NCBI GenBank assembly: GCA_049606355.1
Contig: JBMYVL010000003.1
Coordinates: 180,001 to 212,000 of the forward strand
Direction: 5' to 3'
Source: Opitutales bacterium
Lineage (GTDB): Bacteria > Verrucomicrobiota > Verrucomicrobiia > Opitutales > Coraliomargaritaceae
Length of the DNA stretch: 32,000 nucleotides
Shown here: piece after piece, positions 28,791 to 32,000 of the stretch
Layout: every line of letters starts with the position of its first letter
Position numbering within the stretch: position 1 is the stretch's first letter
Made by a program: the position numbers and the translations under genes
Notes under the pieces: generated by a model
What the model saw: only the letters and a program-made list of their open reading frames with translations
The model's database searches: none
Told to the model about the DNA's origin: nothing

Positions 28791-29243
28791 CTAACGGAGC
28801 TGACGCACGGCTTCGTAAGTTGCAATACCGGCAGCAGTGGAAAGATTTAGCGAACGCAGCTGTGTATTCTTATGGGGTATCGTCAGGCGATGACCCTCCA
28901 TTTCCCGATGTAGCCATTCGGGAGCCCCATGACCTTCATTGCCAAAGACAAGGCCGTCGCCATCTGCGTAGTCAACATCCCAATACGCATGGTCGGCCTT
29001 CGTCGTAAAAAGCCATAGGCGTTGTGGTGCGAGCGGGCTCGCACGAAATGCATCCCAATCCTCATGATGCTGCAGGTCCAGCGTATGCCAATAATCCATA
29101 CCGCTGCGCTTCAAGTGCTTGTCGGTAATCGTAAAGCCCAAGGGGTGAATCAAGTGCAAACGACTCCCCGTGATCGCACAGAGGCGACCGATATTACCGG
29201 TATTCTGAGGGATCTCGGGATTGAACAGGACGATATGAAGCAT
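28791..29243 (-). CDS. trmL: tRNA (cytidine/uridine34-2'-O)-methyltransferase TrmL (SpoU/TrmH family)
   Basis: The 150-aa product reads MLHIVLFNPEIPQNTGNIGRLCAITGSRLHLIHPLGF...LKRSGMDYW...LVFGNEGHG...IPH...RSLNLSTAAGIATYEAVRQ. This is the YibK/TrmL pattern. Confidence 0.88.
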   Translation of the reverse strand: MLHIVLFNPEIPQNTGNIGRLCAITGSRLHLIHPLGFTITDKHLKRSGMDYWHTLDLQHHEDWDAFRASPLAPQRLWLFTTKADHAYWDVDYADGDGLVFGNEGHGAPEWLHREMEGHRLTIPHKNTQLRSLNLSTAAGIATYEAVRQLR

Positions 29244-29323
29244 GGGGTTTACTTGGCTGATAATCGTCTAAAGGTCGATAGCGAACCGCCCGTAGGGGCG
29301 TAGTGGAAACGCTTCAACTCCAT

Positions 29324-29352
29324 AAAAAAGCCGGAGGAAGCTTCCTCCGGCT
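29324..29352 (-). terminator. Rho-independent terminator after tpiA
   Basis: A perfect palindrome, agccggaggaag/cttcctccggct, spans 29329-29352. The A-run at 29324-29329 gives a U-run on the minus strand. The element separates tpiA from trmL. Confidence 0.75.
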
Positions 29353-29377
29353 TGGTTCAAAGGTATTCAATACTACA

Positions 29378-30148
29378 TTACACCGATTGCTTCGACGCGC
29401 TTTCAATCAGGCTGACAAATGACTCCGCTTTCAGCGAAGCACCGCCAATCAAGCCACCGTCGATGTTGGGCTGCGCAAGAAGCGCATCCGCATTCTCGGG
29501 CTTCATCGAACCGCCATACAGAATGCGTACTTTCTCAGCAGCGGCTTCGCCCATCAGACGAGCCAAGAGGCAACGAATCTCCGCGTGGACTTCCTCTGCC
29601 ATTTCCGGAGTGGCGGTCTTACCCGTGCCAATCGCCCAAACCGGCTCATACGCAATGACCAAGGCATCTGCAGCACTGGCATCGAGACCGGCGAGGCCCG
29701 CCTCGATTTGAGTCTTAATAACGTCAAGGGTCTTCGCTGCTTCACGTTCCTCAAGCGTCTCACCGACGCAAACGATCGGCTTCAGACCTGCCTGCAAGGC
29801 AGCTACGGTCTTCTGATTCACCAATGTATCGCTTTCACCGAAGTACTCACGGCGCTCGGAGTGACCCAGGATGACATATTCGACACCCAGTGCGGTGAGC
29901 ATCTCGGCGGAAATTTCGCCCGTGTAGGCGCCGGAAGAAGCGAAGTGCATATTTTGCGCACCGAGGGAGACATTGCTACCAGCGACGACCTGCGCGACCG
30001 CATCCAATGTCGTAAATGTTGGGCTGACACAGATGTCGACTGAGGACGTCCCACTGGCCAGATCAACAATGCCCTTGGCGAGTTGGGCGCCTTCCGTAGA
30101 GGCGAGGTTCATCTTCCAGTTACCGGCAATGAGATAGTTGCGTGACAT
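29378..30148 (-). CDS. tpiA: Triosephosphate isomerase
   Basis: The translation contains YLIAGNWKMN...ILGHSERR...VCVGE...IAYEPVWAIGTG...ILYGGS, which are the canonical TIM motifs. Confidence 0.95.
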   Translation of the reverse strand: MSRNYLIAGNWKMNLASTEGAQLAKGIVDLASGTSSVDICVSPTFTTLDAVAQVVAGSNVSLGAQNMHFASSGAYTGEISAEMLTALGVEYVILGHSERREYFGESDTLVNQKTVAALQAGLKPIVCVGETLEEREAAKTLDVIKTQIEAGLAGLDASAADALVIAYEPVWAIGTGKTATPEMAEEVHAEIRCLLARLMGEAAAEKVRILYGGSMKPENADALLAQPNIDGGLIGGASLKAESFVSLIESASKQSV

Positions 30149-30193
30149 AATAGTTTTGATTTTAGAATTACGATTTAAGAGAGAAGCAAGGAC

Positions 30194-31387
30194 TTAAGCT
30201 GGATCCAGAGCAGTCACACCCGGAAGCTCCTTGCCTTCGAGAAACTCGAGGGAAGCGCCACCGCCAGTGCTCATGAAGGTAACCTTGTCGCTATAGCCGG
30301 ACATTTTGATCGCCTTAACCGAATCGCCACCACCAATGATGGAGATTCCATCGGATTCGGCAATGGTCTCGGCGACGGCGAAGGTACCCTTATTGCAAGC
30401 GTCAATTTCGAAGATTCCCATCGGGCCGTTCCATAAAACGGTCTTCGCTGCAGCGACTTCTGCCTTGAACAATTCTATACTCTTCGGGCCGATATCCACA
30501 CCTTCCCAACCGTCCTCGATATTTCCTTCAAAGTATTGTGAGGCACCCACCGTGCCTGCACCGAAGTCGAGGTCTTGTACTGCGAGGTTGTCAGCGGGCA
30601 GCAGAAACTTAACGCCCTTTTCCGCGGCTTTTTGTAGTGCCGCTTTAGCAGTCGGAATGAAATCGGGCTCACTGAGGGATTCGCCGACTTGACGCCCTTC
30701 CGCCAGTGCAAAGGTGTAGGCCATTGCACCGCCGATGATAATGGTGTCGGCTTTTTCCAACAACGCATCAATTACCTTAATCTTATCCGAAACTTTAGCA
30801 CCACCTAAGATAACTGTGAAAGGACGCTCCGGATTCGCTGTCTTATCGCCCAAGTAGGCCAATTCCTTTTCAATCAGAAAACCACACACGCAAGGCGACA
30901 GGTGCTGCGCGACACCTGCAGTCGAGGCATGCGCACGGTGCGCGGTACCGAACGCATCATTGACAAATGCATCTGCAAGTTGAGCTAGAGCCGCGGCAAA
31001 CTCAGGGTCATTGTCAGTCTCACCCTTGTAGAAGCGAACATTCTCGAGCAACGCGATATCGCCCTCGCCCAGTTTCGCAACTTCGGCTTCCACTTCGGCA
31101 CCGATGCAATCCTCAATAAATGTAACGGGCTTACCGAGCTTGGCGGCTAAATCTTCCGCCACAGGAGACAGGCTGAAAGCTGCATTCTTCTCGCCCTTGG
31201 GACGGCCCAAGTGGCTGCAAAGAATGACCTTCGCTCCTTGCTCGACCAGGTGCTGAATCGTCGGCAACGCGGCAACGATGCGGGAATCGTCCGATACCGC
31301 ACCGTCCTTTAAGGGCACATTAAAGTCGCAGCGTACCAGTACGCGTTGACCCGCTAGATTTACGTCTTTGAGTGATTTAGTAGCCAT
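30194..31387 (-). CDS. pgk: Phosphoglycerate kinase
   Basis: The translation contains RVLVRCDFNVP...RI.AALPTI...SHLGRPKG...NDAFGTAHRAHAST...FTVILGGAKVSDKI...WNGPMGIFE...STGGGASLEFLEG. Confidence 0.95.
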   Translation of the reverse strand: MATKSLKDVNLAGQRVLVRCDFNVPLKDGAVSDDSRIVAALPTIQHLVEQGAKVILCSHLGRPKGEKNAAFSLSPVAEDLAAKLGKPVTFIEDCIGAEVEAEVAKLGEGDIALLENVRFYKGETDNDPEFAAALAQLADAFVNDAFGTAHRAHASTAGVAQHLSPCVCGFLIEKELAYLGDKTANPERPFTVILGGAKVSDKIKVIDALLEKADTIIIGGAMAYTFALAEGRQVGESLSEPDFIPTAKAALQKAAEKGVKFLLPADNLAVQDLDFGAGTVGASQYFEGNIEDGWEGVDIGPKSIELFKAEVAAAKTVLWNGPMGIFEIDACNKGTFAVAETIAESDGISIIGGGDSVKAIKMSGYSDKVTFMSTGGGASLEFLEGKELPGVTALDPA

Positions 31388-31488
31388 ATGCTTCGTGTAT
31401 GAATTGAATTGTTGGATTTAAACTAGATAAGGTCACGAACTGCCATGATCGGCGGAATCGTGTTGGGTGCGCGCCGCAGTACTTCAAT

Positions 31489-31541
31489 AAAAAGGCCGCC
31501 GCGATCAGTGAATCCTGTAAGGGATACTGCCGCGACGGCCC
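31489..31541 (-). terminator. Possible terminator or attenuating hairpin between gap and pgk
   Basis: A long imperfect hairpin has outer arms ggccgccgcg (31494-31503) and cgcgacggcc (31531-31540). The A5 run at 31489-31493 gives a U-run on the minus strand. The stem has mismatches. Confidence 0.4.
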
Positions 31542-31570
31542 TAAAAATCAATCAGTTGTTACCGAGATCC

Positions 31571-32000
<430 letters not shown>

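Overview
This window reads as ordinary chromosomal DNA, moderately GC-rich and densely coding. I found no transposases, integrases, CRISPR arrays or rRNA. All family assignments come from motif recognition in the supplied translations, because no searches were possible.

Gene content, left to right:
- Iron and regulation: the 3' end of feoB, a tiny Cys-rich membrane ORF and a stand-alone GAF protein.
- Minus strand: cimA and a YbjT-like NAD(P)-binding protein.
- A stand-alone EF-G paralog, a divergent MYG1/DHH-like protein and an RRM RNA-binding protein with an RGG tail.
- tRNA-Val(GAC), then an FAH-family hydrolase.
- A 583-aa secreted protein made of two copies of an unrecognised module, flanked by unusually long noncoding DNA.
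- A minimal TonB-C protein and tRNA-Gly(GCC).
- An orphan PstS-like binding protein and an orphan sigma54-dependent response regulator.
- An 8.1-kb Bat-type operon, translationally coupled and divergent from that regulator: MoxR, DUF58, a small membrane protein, BatA, a BatB/BatC fusion, BatD and BatE.
- htpG, msrA, a TonB-dependent receptor with a DMT permease, and trmL.
- A gap-pgk-tpiA glycolytic cluster on the minus strand; gap runs off the window.

The best candidates for something under-described are:
- the Bat module with a sigma54-like -24/-12 motif and a divergent orphan enhancer-binding protein;
- the tandem-module secreted protein;
- the bacterial RRM-RGG protein.

The gene mix suggests a Verrucomicrobiota/PVC-like organism. 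That is only an impression.
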